A stretch of DNA of 64,000 bases from an uncultured Candidatus Saccharibacteria bacterium (GCA_964387175.1 CAYLVJ010000001.1:602-64601); one strand, 5' to 3'. Positions 41,936-50,933 are shown, counted from the first letter of the stretch. A program made the numbers and translations. The notes: generated from the sequence alone by a model not told the origin.

Positions 41936-42641
41936 ACGTTTTTCAACGGAAGCTTTTTTATTGGATTCTTTTCCCCGCAAGGAGGCGGATAAAGTTTTCC
42001 TTTTTTTTTCTAAAAAATATGGAAAGATTTTTGCGGTTGGAAAATCAATCAGAAAAATTTCTTCAAAGTTAAACGCCGGGTTGGATTTTTTCGCTCTTTC
42101 CCGGGTTGAGTTTATCCAGGGGAGAAGTTACAAAATTCTTGTTTATGCTGAAATAAAAAACGAGGCGGTTTCTTTTAGAAAATCTCTCCACCGGTTGAAG
42201 GCTGCTTTTAAGACAAGAGATTTTCTCTCCCGCGTTATTAAAGGCACGGAGCCGGATCTTGGTATATGGCGGGTTTTTTCAAGAGCGGTTGAGGCATTGA
42301 AAAAATCTTCTTCTCCGCTTTTCTCTTTTTTGATTTATCAAAACTTTTCCTGGCAGGCGCTTCAAGAACTGGGTTACGAAATGAACTTTAAAGCCTGCGT
42401 TGAGTGCAAAAAAGAAGTTTCTTCTTTTGGGCTTTTTTCTCAAAAAGGATTTTTATGCTCTGATTGCGGCGAAGAAACTTTCCAAAAAGAAAACGTGATA
42501 CGCCTTGAAAAGAACGAAAGAAGAGTGTTGGAAAGAATAAAGAGATCTTCTTTGGATGAATTGGAAGGAGTTGAGGTGAGTTTAATTGAGGCTAAAAAAG
42601 CAGAAAAGGTTCTTGATTTCTTTTTGGAGGACTTGTATTAA
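41928..42641 (+). CDS. recO: DNA repair protein RecO
   Basis: EADK...GKI.A.GK.IRK..SKL; CVEC...CSDC. Confidence 0.88.
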   Translation: MFKRFSTEAFLLDSFPRKEADKVFLFFSKKYGKIFAVGKSIRKISSKLNAGLDFFALSRVEFIQGRSYKILVYAEIKNEAVSFRKSLHRLKAAFKTRDFLSRVIKGTEPDLGIWRVFSRAVEALKKSSSPLFSFLIYQNFSWQALQELGYEMNFKACVECKKEVSSFGLFSQKGFLCSDCGEETFQKENVIRLEKNERRVLERIKRSSLDELEGVEVSLIEAKKAEKVLDFFLEDLY

Positions 42642-42679
42642 TTTGGCTCTTTTTAACTTTTTATCCTATAATAATCATA

Positions 42680-44359
42680 ATGAAGGAAAAACAAAGTGGA
42701 AAAATATTAATAATCCTGCTTTTTATTTTTTTGGGGCTGGCTGCCCTCACTTTTTGGTATTTTCAAAGAAATACTTATTCCAAAGATGTTTTGAAGTTTG
42801 AAATACTCGGCCCTGAAGAAGCGCGAGCAGGGGAAAGGGTGGAATACACCGTCCGCTACAAAAACACTGGAGAGGCAAGGCTGGAAGAAGTGGAGCTGGT
42901 TTTTGAATATCCGGAAAAGGTTCTTCCTTTGGAACGGGAAAAAGATCGGGTGATAAAAGAAATTGACGACATTTATCCCGGTCAGGAAGAAACCATCGTT
43001 TTCAAGGCCAAGGTTTTCGGTCAAGAAGGGGAGTTGGTTAAACCCCGGGCTACACTTAATTACCGTCCTAAAAATTTGAAAGCTTTTTATGAATCTGAAA
43101 CTACGGTTTCCACAAAGATTAGTGAAGTACCCCTTACTTTTGTTTTCGATTTTCCTTCCAAAATGGCGGTGGACAGAGAAAGTAAGTTGTCTTTAAATTA
43201 CTATTCCAATTTCGAAGAGCCTATTTCTGATCTTGCTATTAATGTCAATTACCCTTCTGAATTTGAATTTCAGAAAACAAGGCCTCAGGGAATCGAAAAA
43301 GACGAATGGCAGATCGGTGTTTTAAACAAAGGAGAAGGGGGAAAGATCGAGATTTATGGTAGTTTTATCGGAGGACTCGGCGGGGAAAAGGTTTTTGAGG
43401 GAGAGATAGGGGTTTGGGTTCAAGACAACTTCGTGGTTTTAAAGAGTATAAGAAGAGGGGTTCAAATTACCAAGCCGGGGATTGTTGTTACCCACGAGGT
43501 AAACGGCAGCTCGGATTATGTTGCCAGCCCGGGGGATCTTCTTCACTACGAAATTTACTTCCGCAACATAGGCAACGACTACTTGGAAGATTTGTACTTA
43601 GTGTCAGAGCTTGAAGGTCCTTTTGACTTTGATACTTTAAAGGTTCCTTCGGGCAGGGTGAGTGATTCGGTAAATACTTTGTTTTGGGATGAAAGAGACA
43701 GCTCCGATTTAAGATTTTTGGCTCCCGGAGAGGAAGGTAAGGTAGATTTTTGGGTTAGTTTAAAGAAAGAGTGGGACTCTTCTCAGTACAAGCAGCCGGT
43801 TCTTAAAAATGATGTTTCTTTGGGGCAGGTGAATGAACATTTTGAAACAAAGGTTAATTCACGTTTGGTTTTAGAACAAAAAGGTTATTATGAAAACGAG
43901 GTTTTCGAGGCTTCCGGGCCGATTCCTCCCGAAGTGGGGAAAAGAACCACCTATACTATTATTTGGACCGTTAAAAATTCTTTCAACCGGGTTGAAAATG
44001 TGCGGGTGAAAGCTATACTGCCTGACGAAGTGAGCTTGACAGATAATGTTTTCCCCGAAGATGAAAAATCAAACTTTGCTTTTGACTCTAGTTCGCGTGA
44101 GCTTCTTTGGAAAGTGGGAGACTTGGAGCCGGGAGTTGGTTTTAATGGTGATGCTTTGAGTTTGGCCTTTCAAGTCGAGCTTAAACCCACCGAAAGCCAA
44201 AAAGGATTGGTGGTTCCTCTTGTAAGTGAAGCTCGTCTTTTGGGAGAAGATCAGTGGACCGAAAAAGAGCTCGAGATTTCTGTAGAAGGAGTGGACAGCT
44301 CTTTACCGGATGATGATTCAGTTTCGGCGGAAGAGGGGGTGGTTCAGGACGGATCTTGA
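42680..44359 (+). CDS. Membrane-anchored surface protein with tandem Ig-like (DUF11-like) domains
   Basis: N-terminal TM; repeated G..v.Y.i.y.N.G beta-rich modules. Confidence 0.6.
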   Translation: MKEKQSGKILIILLFIFLGLAALTFWYFQRNTYSKDVLKFEILGPEEARAGERVEYTVRYKNTGEARLEEVELVFEYPEKVLPLEREKDRVIKEIDDIYPGQEETIVFKAKVFGQEGELVKPRATLNYRPKNLKAFYESETTVSTKISEVPLTFVFDFPSKMAVDRESKLSLNYYSNFEEPISDLAINVNYPSEFEFQKTRPQGIEKDEWQIGVLNKGEGGKIEIYGSFIGGLGGEKVFEGEIGVWVQDNFVVLKSIRRGVQITKPGIVVTHEVNGSSDYVASPGDLLHYEIYFRNIGNDYLEDLYLVSELEGPFDFDTLKVPSGRVSDSVNTLFWDERDSSDLRFLAPGEEGKVDFWVSLKKEWDSSQYKQPVLKNDVSLGQVNEHFETKVNSRLVLEQKGYYENEVFEASGPIPPEVGKRTTYTIIWTVKNSFNRVENVRVKAILPDEVSLTDNVFPEDEKSNFAFDSSSRELLWKVGDLEPGVGFNGDALSLAFQVELKPTESQKGLVVPLVSEARLLGEDQWTEKELEISVEGVDSSLPDDDSVSAEEGVVQDGS

Positions 44360-44391
44360 ATTTTGAACTTTTTTAGGTAAAATGAATTAAT

Positions 44392-44576
44392 GAACGAAGA
44401 AGGGGAGAAGTAGGAGAAATACTTTCCCAAAGAAAGCCGCGCTTAAGCTGAGAAGCGGTGGAAAAGTTTCTCTCGAAAGGAGCCCTGGAGTTTTAAAGTA
44501 AATTAAGAGCCTCTTTTTAAGAGGAATTAGGGTGGAACCGCCCATTGGGTCCCTACGACGAGAGTCGTAGTTTTTT
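44392..44576 (+). promoter_or_regulatory. T-box riboswitch (Gly) upstream of glycyl-tRNA synthetase
   Basis: Stem I with AGTA/GAA loop E, GCTGAGA distal loop, putative GGA specifier at 44479; antiterminator AGGG-TGGAACC-GCCCA/TGGGT-CCCT; terminator CTACGAC-GAGA-GTCGTAG-T6. Confidence 0.85.
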
Positions 44577-44594
44577 ATTCTAAATTTAAAAAAT

Positions 44595-45977
44595 ATGTCA
44601 AAAACAAAAATGGAAAAACTGGTTTCACTTTGCAAGAGAAGAGGGTTTGTCTATCAAACTACTGAAATTTACGGCGGACTGGCTGGTTTTTATGATTACG
44701 GACCCTTGGGAGCGGAAGTGATACGCAATTTAAAAAACTTGTGGTGGGAGGAGATGGTTCACAATATGGAGAATATTTATGGTATTGACGGATCCATCAT
44801 TTTACATCCCAAGGTCTGGCAGGCAAGTGGTCATGTTGAGGGCTTTGACGACCCCTTGGTTGAGTGCTCGGAGTGTAAGAAAAGAGTGAGGGCGGATAAG
44901 TTGGAAGGTTGGCGGGCCAAAAAAAATAAAAAGGGAGAGTGGGAAGTTTTAAAAGTAGGCGAAAGGAAGTGTCCTTACTGCGGAGGGGAGCTGGGAACTG
45001 AAGTCAACCAGTTTAACTTAATGATGAGGACTTATCTCGGGTCTGTGACCGGTGAAAAAATGGAAACCTTTCTTAAGGGTGAGTCTTGTCAAAACACTTA
45101 TTTAAATTTCAAGCCGGTTTTGGATTCTTTTTCTCCTAAACTTCCTTTTGGAATCGCCCAAATCGGAAAAGCATTTAGAAATGAAATAACATTTGGAAAA
45201 TTCATCTTTAAAATGCGGGAGTTTGAACAGTGGGACGTTGAGTTTTTTGTTCACCCCGAGGAAGCCGACAGCGCCTATGAGGATTGGAAAAAGATAAGGT
45301 GGGATTGGTTTGTTTGCTCGGTTGGAATTGATGAGGAAAAGTTGAGATGGAGGCGTCATACGAAAGATGAACTTATTTTCTACGCCCGGGATGCGTGGGA
45401 TATAGAATACGAGTATCCTTTCGGATGGGATGAGCTCGAAGGTCTTCACGACAGGTCTGACTATGACTTAAGGCAGCACAGCAAATGGAGCGGTGAGGAT
45501 TTAACATACCGGACTCCAGACGATGAAAAGTTTTATCCCTTTGTAATCGAAGCTTCTGGAGGAGTGGATAGAACCTTTTTAGCTTTGATGCTTGATTCAT
45601 TGAAAGAAGAGGAAGGTAGAAGCTATTTGAAGATTAAACCTCGTTTGGCACCTTACCAGGCGGCTGTTTTTCCTCTTTTGGCCAACAAGCCCGAATTGGT
45701 TGAAAAAGCAAGAAAAGTATTTAAAAACTTGCAAAAAAATTTTCACACAGCTTGGGATGACAGGGGAAACATCGGAAAGCGTTACTTTGCCCAAGATGAG
45801 ATAGGTACTCCTTTTTGTGTAACGGTGGACTTTGATACACTTAAAGATGAGACGGTTACTATAAGAAATCGGGATACGACCAGCCAAGTCAGAGTGAAGA
45901 CAAAAGATCTCCCTGAAGTTTTAGAGAAACTTGTAAGTGAAGAAAAAGCTTTTGAGGAGGTTGGAAAAAAAGTATAA
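44595..45977 (+). CDS. glyQS: Glycyl-tRNA synthetase (homodimeric type)
   Basis: LCKRRGF, YDYGPLG, AQIGKAFRNEI, QDEIGTPFC. Confidence 0.95.
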   Translation: MSKTKMEKLVSLCKRRGFVYQTTEIYGGLAGFYDYGPLGAEVIRNLKNLWWEEMVHNMENIYGIDGSIILHPKVWQASGHVEGFDDPLVECSECKKRVRADKLEGWRAKKNKKGEWEVLKVGERKCPYCGGELGTEVNQFNLMMRTYLGSVTGEKMETFLKGESCQNTYLNFKPVLDSFSPKLPFGIAQIGKAFRNEITFGKFIFKMREFEQWDVEFFVHPEEADSAYEDWKKIRWDWFVCSVGIDEEKLRWRRHTKDELIFYARDAWDIEYEYPFGWDELEGLHDRSDYDLRQHSKWSGEDLTYRTPDDEKFYPFVIEASGGVDRTFLALMLDSLKEEEGRSYLKIKPRLAPYQAAVFPLLANKPELVEKARKVFKNLQKNFHTAWDDRGNIGKRYFAQDEIGTPFCVTVDFDTLKDETVTIRNRDTTSQVRVKTKDLPEVLEKLVSEEKAFEEVGKKV

Positions 45978-45990
45978 TTAATTAAAATAT

Positions 45991-46305
45991 ATGTTTTTAC
46001 CTATATTAATCGCCGGTTTCGGAGGGGGACTGATAAGAGGATTAGTGGGGTTTATTAAGCATCAGTTTTCCTACAAGAATGTGGGGTTTGATCTTCCTTA
46101 TTTTTTCTCGATGTGTTTCCTTTCCGGGGTGGTCGGGGTTTTAGTCGCTGCCGCTGGAGAGAGTTTGGGCATGCGTTTTTTTCAAGGAACTTTTACTCCC
46201 GCCCTTGCCTTTTTTATCGGTTACGCGGGCGGTGATTTTATAGAAAACGTGGTTAAAATTATTCTCAAAAGGCCGGAGCTTTATTCTTTTAACGAAAAAT
46301 CTTAA
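45991..46305 (+). CDS. Small hypothetical membrane protein
   Basis: Three hydrophobic segments, GYAGGDFIEN. Confidence 0.7.
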   Translation: MFLPILIAGFGGGLIRGLVGFIKHQFSYKNVGFDLPYFFSMCFLSGVVGVLVAAAGESLGMRFFQGTFTPALAFFIGYAGGDFIENVVKIILKRPELYSFNEKS

Positions 46306-46307
46306 AT

Positions 46308-46481
46308 ATGAGTGGAATAGTTATTCTTTTGCTGGGAATTTTTTTGGTGCTTATTGTTTTTTTTCTTAGGTCTCAGGGGGCGAGCCTTATTGATGCTATA
46401 ACAATAGTGCTTTTTTACATCTTTTTAATCTGGTTTTTATTGACTCAGTTTCCACTTTCTGAAGGAACAAGTTTTTTTTGA
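46308..46481 (+). CDS. Small (57 aa) two-TM membrane protein
   Basis: Manual translation MSGIVILLLGIFLVLIVFFLRSQGASLIDAITIVLFYIFLIWFLLTQFPLSEGTSFF; fills the gap with 2-nt and 1-nt spacing. Confidence 0.6.
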   Translation: MSGIVILLLGIFLVLIVFFLRSQGASLIDAITIVLFYIFLIWFLLTQFPLSEGTSFF

Positions 46482-46482
46482 T

Positions 46483-47031
46483 ATGAAAAGCAAAAGATCA
46501 AAGATTTCTCTTTTTTTATCTTTGTTGGCATTTTCAGTCTCCGTCGGTTTAGGTTTTTTGTGGGGCGGGAGTGACGCAGCTCGGGAGATTCTTTTTATTG
46601 CCGACAGGCTTTTTTCCATGGTAGCCCCTATAGAGTCACTTAATCTTTTTCTTTTTCTACTGCTTTTAGATCTTTTACTTTTGGCTTTTTTTGTTCTTTC
46701 TTCTTTTCTTCTTTCTCTGCCTTCTCTTTTTTATCTTTCTTTTTACTCTTTTTTGACCGGGGCGGCAGTCCGGATTTCGGGAGTCAGTCCGGTTTTTTTC
46801 TTACTTTTCCCTTTTTCAATTTTTAAAATTCTTCCCTTAATCTTAGCTACTTTTTTCTGCCTGCAGTTTTCAGGAACTTTGGTTTTAGAAGTATTTTCGG
46901 ATCAATTTACTTTTCCTAAAAAAGAAGCAAAGGTTTTTTTGAAAAAAATTGTTTTGCTTTTTCTTCTTTTTGCCTTTTTTAATTTTCTTGAAGTTTGGGG
47001 AGTTTCTTTTGTCTTTCGTTTTTTCACTTGA
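46483..47031 (+). CDS. Membrane protein, SpoIIM-like (divergent)
   Basis: Five TMs; P.SIFK..P and FLEV pattern resembling SpoIIM. Confidence 0.5.
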   Translation: MKSKRSKISLFLSLLAFSVSVGLGFLWGGSDAAREILFIADRLFSMVAPIESLNLFLFLLLLDLLLLAFFVLSSFLLSLPSLFYLSFYSFLTGAAVRISGVSPVFFLLFPFSIFKILPLILATFFCLQFSGTLVLEVFSDQFTFPKKEAKVFLKKIVLLFLLFAFFNFLEVWGVSFVFRFFT

Positions 47032-47055
47032 CAAAAAACTTTATTTTTTTAAAAT
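47028..47055 (+). promoter_or_regulatory. Sigma70-type promoter of the tandem attenuator cassettes
   Basis: TTGACA-N16-TAAAAT. Confidence 0.7.
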
Positions 47056-47073
47056 GAGGGAAATAAAGGTTTT

Positions 47074-47172
47074 ATGGATTCAAGATTAATTACAATTCAA
47101 CTCCTTCTTGTCACACGGTTTATTGACCTTGTGCCTTTTGGAGGGTTGAAAAGTAATCTTGAGTTAAGCTGA
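47074..47172 (+). CDS. Putative leader peptide 1 (32 aa)
   Basis: MDSRLITIQLLLVTRFIDLVPFGGLKSNLELS*; overlaps the antiterminator strand. Confidence 0.45.
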   Translation: MDSRLITIQLLLVTRFIDLVPFGGLKSNLELS

Positions 47173-47240
47173 CGAAAAATATTCGAGAAAACCTTTCAGC
47201 CCTTCCATCGGAGGGGCTGATTTGTTTTTAGTTCTTTAGA
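47074..47240 (+). promoter_or_regulatory. Attenuator-like RNA switch, copy 1
   Basis: GGAGGGTTGAA (47140) can pair upstream (TTCAACTCC) or downstream (TTTCAGCCCTTCC); terminator 47196-47220 with T-tract; boxA-like AGTTCTTT. Confidence 0.65.
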
Positions 47241-47260
47241 CTTCAAAGGAGGTGAGACAC

Positions 47261-47386
47261 ATGAGTGGGCTCAGGGAAAAAATTGTTTGTCCCGACTGTG
47301 AGCACGTTTATTGTGGCGACGTCTGTCCGCAATGCGGGCAGACAAAGGAGGAGGCGGCCCGAGCGGCTGCCAAGAAGGGGAGTTGA
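47261..47386 (+). CDS. 41-aa zinc-ribbon microprotein
   Basis: MSGLREKIVCPDCEHVYCGDVCPQCGQTKEEAARAAAKKGS; perfect SD at 47245; two CPxC motifs. Confidence 0.7.
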   Translation: MSGLREKIVCPDCEHVYCGDVCPQCGQTKEEAARAAAKKGS

Positions 47387-47443
47387 ACTTACCCCCTTAA
47401 GGGGCGGAAAAGATTCGTCTTTTCCGCCCAAACCAATCTAAAA

Positions 47444-47548
47444 ATGAACTTGTTTGAAATAAAAAAATTAGTTAACTTTTTCTTCGCCCTTCTTATCGAA
47501 GGTCTTTTTACCGGTTTTTGCCCGGGAGGGTTGAAGAATGATTTTTAA
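47444..47548 (+). CDS. Putative leader peptide 2 (34 aa)
   Basis: MNLFEIKKLVNFFFALLIEGLFTGFCPGGLKNDF*; same GGLK frame over the antiterminator strand. Confidence 0.45.
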   Translation: MNLFEIKKLVNFFFALLIEGLFTGFCPGGLKNDF

Positions 47549-47620
47549 ATAAATGAAACAACTTAAGGTTATTCTTCAGCCCTTCCATCGGAGGGGTTGA
47601 TTTGTTTTTTAGCTCTTTCA
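47444..47620 (+). promoter_or_regulatory. Attenuator-like RNA switch, copy 2
   Basis: GGAGGGTTGAAGAA (47525) pairs with upstream TTCTTCGCCCTTC or downstream TTATTCTTCAGCCCT; terminator 47576-47600 with T-tract; boxA-like AGCTCTTT. Confidence 0.65.
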
Positions 47621-47644
47621 AGTTTTCAAAGGAGGTGAGAAAAA

Positions 47645-47746
47645 ATGTTCAAACTCATGGTGCCTAAAAAGAAAAAGGCGAAGAAAAAGGAAAAAAATTC
47701 CAAGAAGTCTTCTCCTACGCCCAAGGGAGTCAACATTTCTCCTTAG
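47645..47746 (+). CDS. 33-aa lysine-rich microprotein
   Basis: MFKLMVPKKKKAKKKEKNSKKSSPTPKGVNISP; perfect SD at 47628. Confidence 0.55.
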   Translation: MFKLMVPKKKKAKKKEKNSKKSSPTPKGVNISP

Positions 47747-47761
47747 GAAAGCTCTTTCGCT

Positions 47762-47793
47762 AGAAGGGGGTAAGTTACTCCCCCTTCTTTTTT
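47762..47793 (+). terminator. Intrinsic terminator closing the cassette pair
   Basis: AGAAGGGGG...CCCCCTTCT followed by a T-run. Confidence 0.75.
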
Positions 47794-47833
47794 ATTTAAT
47801 GATTTTTTTGGTAAAATTAGACAGAGTGAAAAA

Positions 47834-48985
47834 ATGAAGTTGTTTAAAAAAATATTCAAAAACAAAAAGTGGAAAGCGGTTGCTACCTTGGTGGGGACAA
47901 CTATAGGGGCCGGGATGTTCGGCCTTCCTTATGTTGTAGTCAAGGTTGGTTTTCCGTTAGGTTTTCTTTACCTTCTTTTTTTAGGAGGAGTTGTTTTATT
48001 TTTAAACCTTGCTTACGGAGAGGTGATACTTAGAACGCCGGGGGATCATCAGTTCAGCGGTTATTTAAACTTTTATTTAAAACCAAAGGAGCATATTTTA
48101 CGTTTTGCCGAGCTGGTCAGCTTTTTCATCTCTGCTTATGGAGCTCTTCTTGCTTATCTGGTTAAGGTGGGTGATTTTTCCGTTCTTCTTTTGGGAAGAA
48201 AAGGGCCTGATTTTTACAGCCTGTTGTTTTTTGGCTTAGCAACTATTGCTCTTTATTTCGGATTGCGGTGGGTTTCCTTCTTTGACTTTGTGGCGGTTTT
48301 TTTAATCTTTTTAGTTTTGGGAGGTCTTTTTCTTTTTAATTTTTCACACATTAATCCTGAGATTTTAAGAAAGGTTGATTTCAGTTTTTTCTTTTTACCC
48401 TACGGCGTTATTTTGTTTGCTTTAAATGGAAGTTCAGTTATTCCCGAAATGGAAGAGGTTTTAAGAAAAGAACACGGGAAATTAAAAAATGCCGTAGTGA
48501 TAGGTACGTTAATTCCTCTTGTCGTTTATTTTATCTTCGTGAGCTTGGTGGGAGGGATTTGCGGAGAAAGTGTTTCTCCCGACTCCGTTTCTTGTTTACC
48601 TGGCATTCTTCCTTCTTGGGCGGTGGGGTTGACTGCTTTTTTGGGAATTTTAACCATGAGTAGTTCTTTTGTAAGCTTTGCTTATGTTCTAAGGGAGCGT
48701 TGGTATCGGGATTACAAATTCCCCAAATTTTGGTCTTTCGTTTTGGTTCTTTTCCCCCCTCTTCTTCTTTTCTTCTTGGGGGTTAGAGATTTTTTAGGGA
48801 TAATAGAGTTCAGCGGGGCTCTTTCAATCGGGTTGATCGGAATTCTTATTCTTCTTATGCACAAAAGAGCCAAGTCACGGGGCAAAAGGGAGCCGGCTTA
48901 CAACCTGAAAATTCCTTTGAAGGTTCGTTGGCTGCTTATTTTTATTTTTATAAGCGGGGCGGTTCTTTCTTTAATTTTTAATTAA
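47834..48985 (+). CDS. Aromatic amino acid permease family transporter
   Basis: GTTIGAGMFGLP, PYGVILFA..G...IPE; about 11 TMs. Confidence 0.8.
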   Translation: MKLFKKIFKNKKWKAVATLVGTTIGAGMFGLPYVVVKVGFPLGFLYLLFLGGVVLFLNLAYGEVILRTPGDHQFSGYLNFYLKPKEHILRFAELVSFFISAYGALLAYLVKVGDFSVLLLGRKGPDFYSLLFFGLATIALYFGLRWVSFFDFVAVFLIFLVLGGLFLFNFSHINPEILRKVDFSFFFLPYGVILFALNGSSVIPEMEEVLRKEHGKLKNAVVIGTLIPLVVYFIFVSLVGGICGESVSPDSVSCLPGILPSWAVGLTAFLGILTMSSSFVSFAYVLRERWYRDYKFPKFWSFVLVLFPPLLLFFLGVRDFLGIIEFSGALSIGLIGILILLMHKRAKSRGKREPAYNLKIPLKVRWLLIFIFISGAVLSLIFN

Positions 48986-48991
48986 AAAACA

Positions 48992-49828
48992 ATGGTCGGT
49001 AAAAATTTTTCAAGGTGGCTTCTGATTTTGGTTGGATTTTCTTTTTTCTTTTTTATTTGGGTTCGCTTTGTGGAGCCAAACGTTTTATCCCTTGAGGAGT
49101 TGGAGTTTAACTTTAGTACTTTTCCGGATGAGGAGATTACTATTCTTCACCTGAGCGATCTTCATTCTTTTGGATATGGGGAAAAAGAAAAAAAGCTTGT
49201 TAACGCAGCTAAAAGGCTGGATCCCGACTTTATTTTCATCACGGGAGATCTTGTTGACTGGAGAACGTCGGATTTTGAAGAGTGTGCTCTTTTTTGGCGG
49301 GACTTAAGTCAAGGTTTTGAAGGGCGGGTTTTTGCTGTTTACGGCAATCACGAACATAAAAATCCGGGTTTTGCCCGGATAGGACCTATTTTGGAGAGAA
49401 GCGGGATAAGGGTTTTGGAAAATGAAAGGATAAAAATTGAACTGGAAAGAGGCGGTTATTTTTACCTTTTAGGAGTGGATGATCCGCGTTTGGGATATGA
49501 CAACGTTTCAGAAACGTTTGTTGACCCTTATATTCCCGGCCCCAAGATTCTTTTAGCTCATTCTCCTGAGATTTTTAGAAAGGTGAAGAAGAAAGAAGTT
49601 GATCTGGTTTTAGTTGGGCACACCCATGGTTGTCAAATTAACGTTCCGATCGTTCGAGAGTGGTTTCTCCCTTTGGCATATGACAAAGGGTATAAACAGG
49701 GACTTTTTGAAGAAAGCGGAACTTATCTTTATGTCAACCGGGGGGTGGGGGAAACCTACCTTCCTTTCAGGTTCAACTCTTTTCCGGAGGTGACCTTGAT
49801 TACTATAAACAAAGAGTCGGACTCTTGA
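48992..49828 (+). CDS. YkuE-like metallophosphoesterase
   Basis: SDLH, TGD, GNHE, GHTHGCQ. Confidence 0.9.
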   Translation: MVGKNFSRWLLILVGFSFFFFIWVRFVEPNVLSLEELEFNFSTFPDEEITILHLSDLHSFGYGEKEKKLVNAAKRLDPDFIFITGDLVDWRTSDFEECALFWRDLSQGFEGRVFAVYGNHEHKNPGFARIGPILERSGIRVLENERIKIELERGGYFYLLGVDDPRLGYDNVSETFVDPYIPGPKILLAHSPEIFRKVKKKEVDLVLVGHTHGCQINVPIVREWFLPLAYDKGYKQGLFEESGTYLYVNRGVGETYLPFRFNSFPEVTLITINKESDS

Positions 49829-49833
49829 GTTCT

Positions 49834-50853
49834 TTAATTTGGCTTCCAAGTTATTGTTTCTTTTTCTACCTTGAAATTGCCGGGAAGGAATTTTTCTATA
49901 ATTTCTATATTTGTTTCAGCATGCTTTGTAACGTGGGAGGCTTTTATTTCGCTTTTTTTGTTGGAAAGAGCCATGTAGGGTAAAAGCTGGTCGGTTGTAT
50001 GTTGGTCAACACAACCCTTTGTTTTTATCTCTTCTAAAAAGCTGGCGGCGGCTTCTTCACCCACCTTTTCTGCTGACTTCCCGAGCTTTCCCAAATTGTC
50101 AACTCCTAAAATAGTTTCTTCAAGCTCTGCTATGATATTTATTACACTTCCCGTACTTTCGGATTCGACATAATCTATTTTTTCTTCAAAAGGGAGGTTC
50201 AGTTTGCCTAAAATTTGTTTTACGCCTGAGATTTGTCTTTCAGCCACTTTTTTTTCCTTTAGATCTTTTGATGCCCGGGAAATGATTTTCAAGGTTTTTA
50301 TTTCTCCTCTTTTTTTAATCTTTATCGGCTTTATTTCCGCCACCAAAAGAGATGTCTTAAGTTGTGCTTTTCCTTTGGGGTAAAACCCTCTTTTTTCGGT
50401 TTCGATTTTGACCTTTACTCCGTGTTTTTCCAGGATTTTTAAAAAAACAAGGTTGAAGTGATCCAGGCTGGGTGAAAAGAAGGTGTCTGTTGCTCCTCCA
50501 CTAAAGGTAACTCTGATCGGTTTTTCTAAAACTGAAACAAGAGGAAGAATTCCCTGTAAGATAAGAGTAATGCTTCCCGCTGTTTCTATTTTAATTTTTA
50601 AATCTCTTGACTGAAGGTAGGTGGGGGTAAAAGTAATTTCTTGGGAGCCGAGCTTAACCCCTTCGGTTTCGGCTCTTGTTAAGACGGCGAGAGCTCTTAT
50701 TGTTTTAAGGTGGGATCTTTTAAGTCCCGGACTTTTTCTTCCGGCTCTGATTTTTGTAATCCGGCATGGTTTTTGGGTCACCACTGAGAGACTTGCGGCG
50801 GTTCTTAGGATTTGTCCTCCCCCTTCTTTTAAGTTGCCGTTTATTTCAATCAT
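49834..50853 (-). CDS. rtcA: RNA 3'-terminal phosphate cyclase
   Basis: EGGGQILR, IRAGRKSPGL, RGFYPKG, DQL, active-site His in TKHAETN. Confidence 0.93.
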   Translation of the reverse strand: MIEINGNLKEGGGQILRTAASLSVVTQKPCRITKIRAGRKSPGLKRSHLKTIRALAVLTRAETEGVKLGSQEITFTPTYLQSRDLKIKIETAGSITLILQGILPLVSVLEKPIRVTFSGGATDTFFSPSLDHFNLVFLKILEKHGVKVKIETEKRGFYPKGKAQLKTSLLVAEIKPIKIKKRGEIKTLKIISRASKDLKEKKVAERQISGVKQILGKLNLPFEEKIDYVESESTGSVINIIAELEETILGVDNLGKLGKSAEKVGEEAAASFLEEIKTKGCVDQHTTDQLLPYMALSNKKSEIKASHVTKHAETNIEIIEKFLPGNFKVEKETITWKPN

Positions 50854-50933
50854 ATTTATTTTATCATAACATACTTTTATGCTTGACAGGGGGGTGAGGA
50901 TGCTTGATACTATACTAAGATTATTTTCTCCTT

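Noticed and set aside
44387-44635. 82-aa minus-strand ORF
   Set aside because: Antisense to the T-box leader
47243-47431. 62-aa minus-strand ORF from the track
   Set aside because: Antisense to the SD-led zinc-ribbon ORF; no motif or start context
47074-47620. CRISPR array or IS ends as an explanation for the 47-kb repeats
   Set aside because: Only two copies about 380 nt apart, with no cas or transposase gene, terminal inverted repeats or target duplication
47444-48985. Phe-rich leader 2 as a classical amino-acid attenuator of the downstream permease
   Set aside because: A microprotein gene and a strong terminator (47762-47793) intervene, and leader 1 has the same structure without Phe enrichment; not fully excluded
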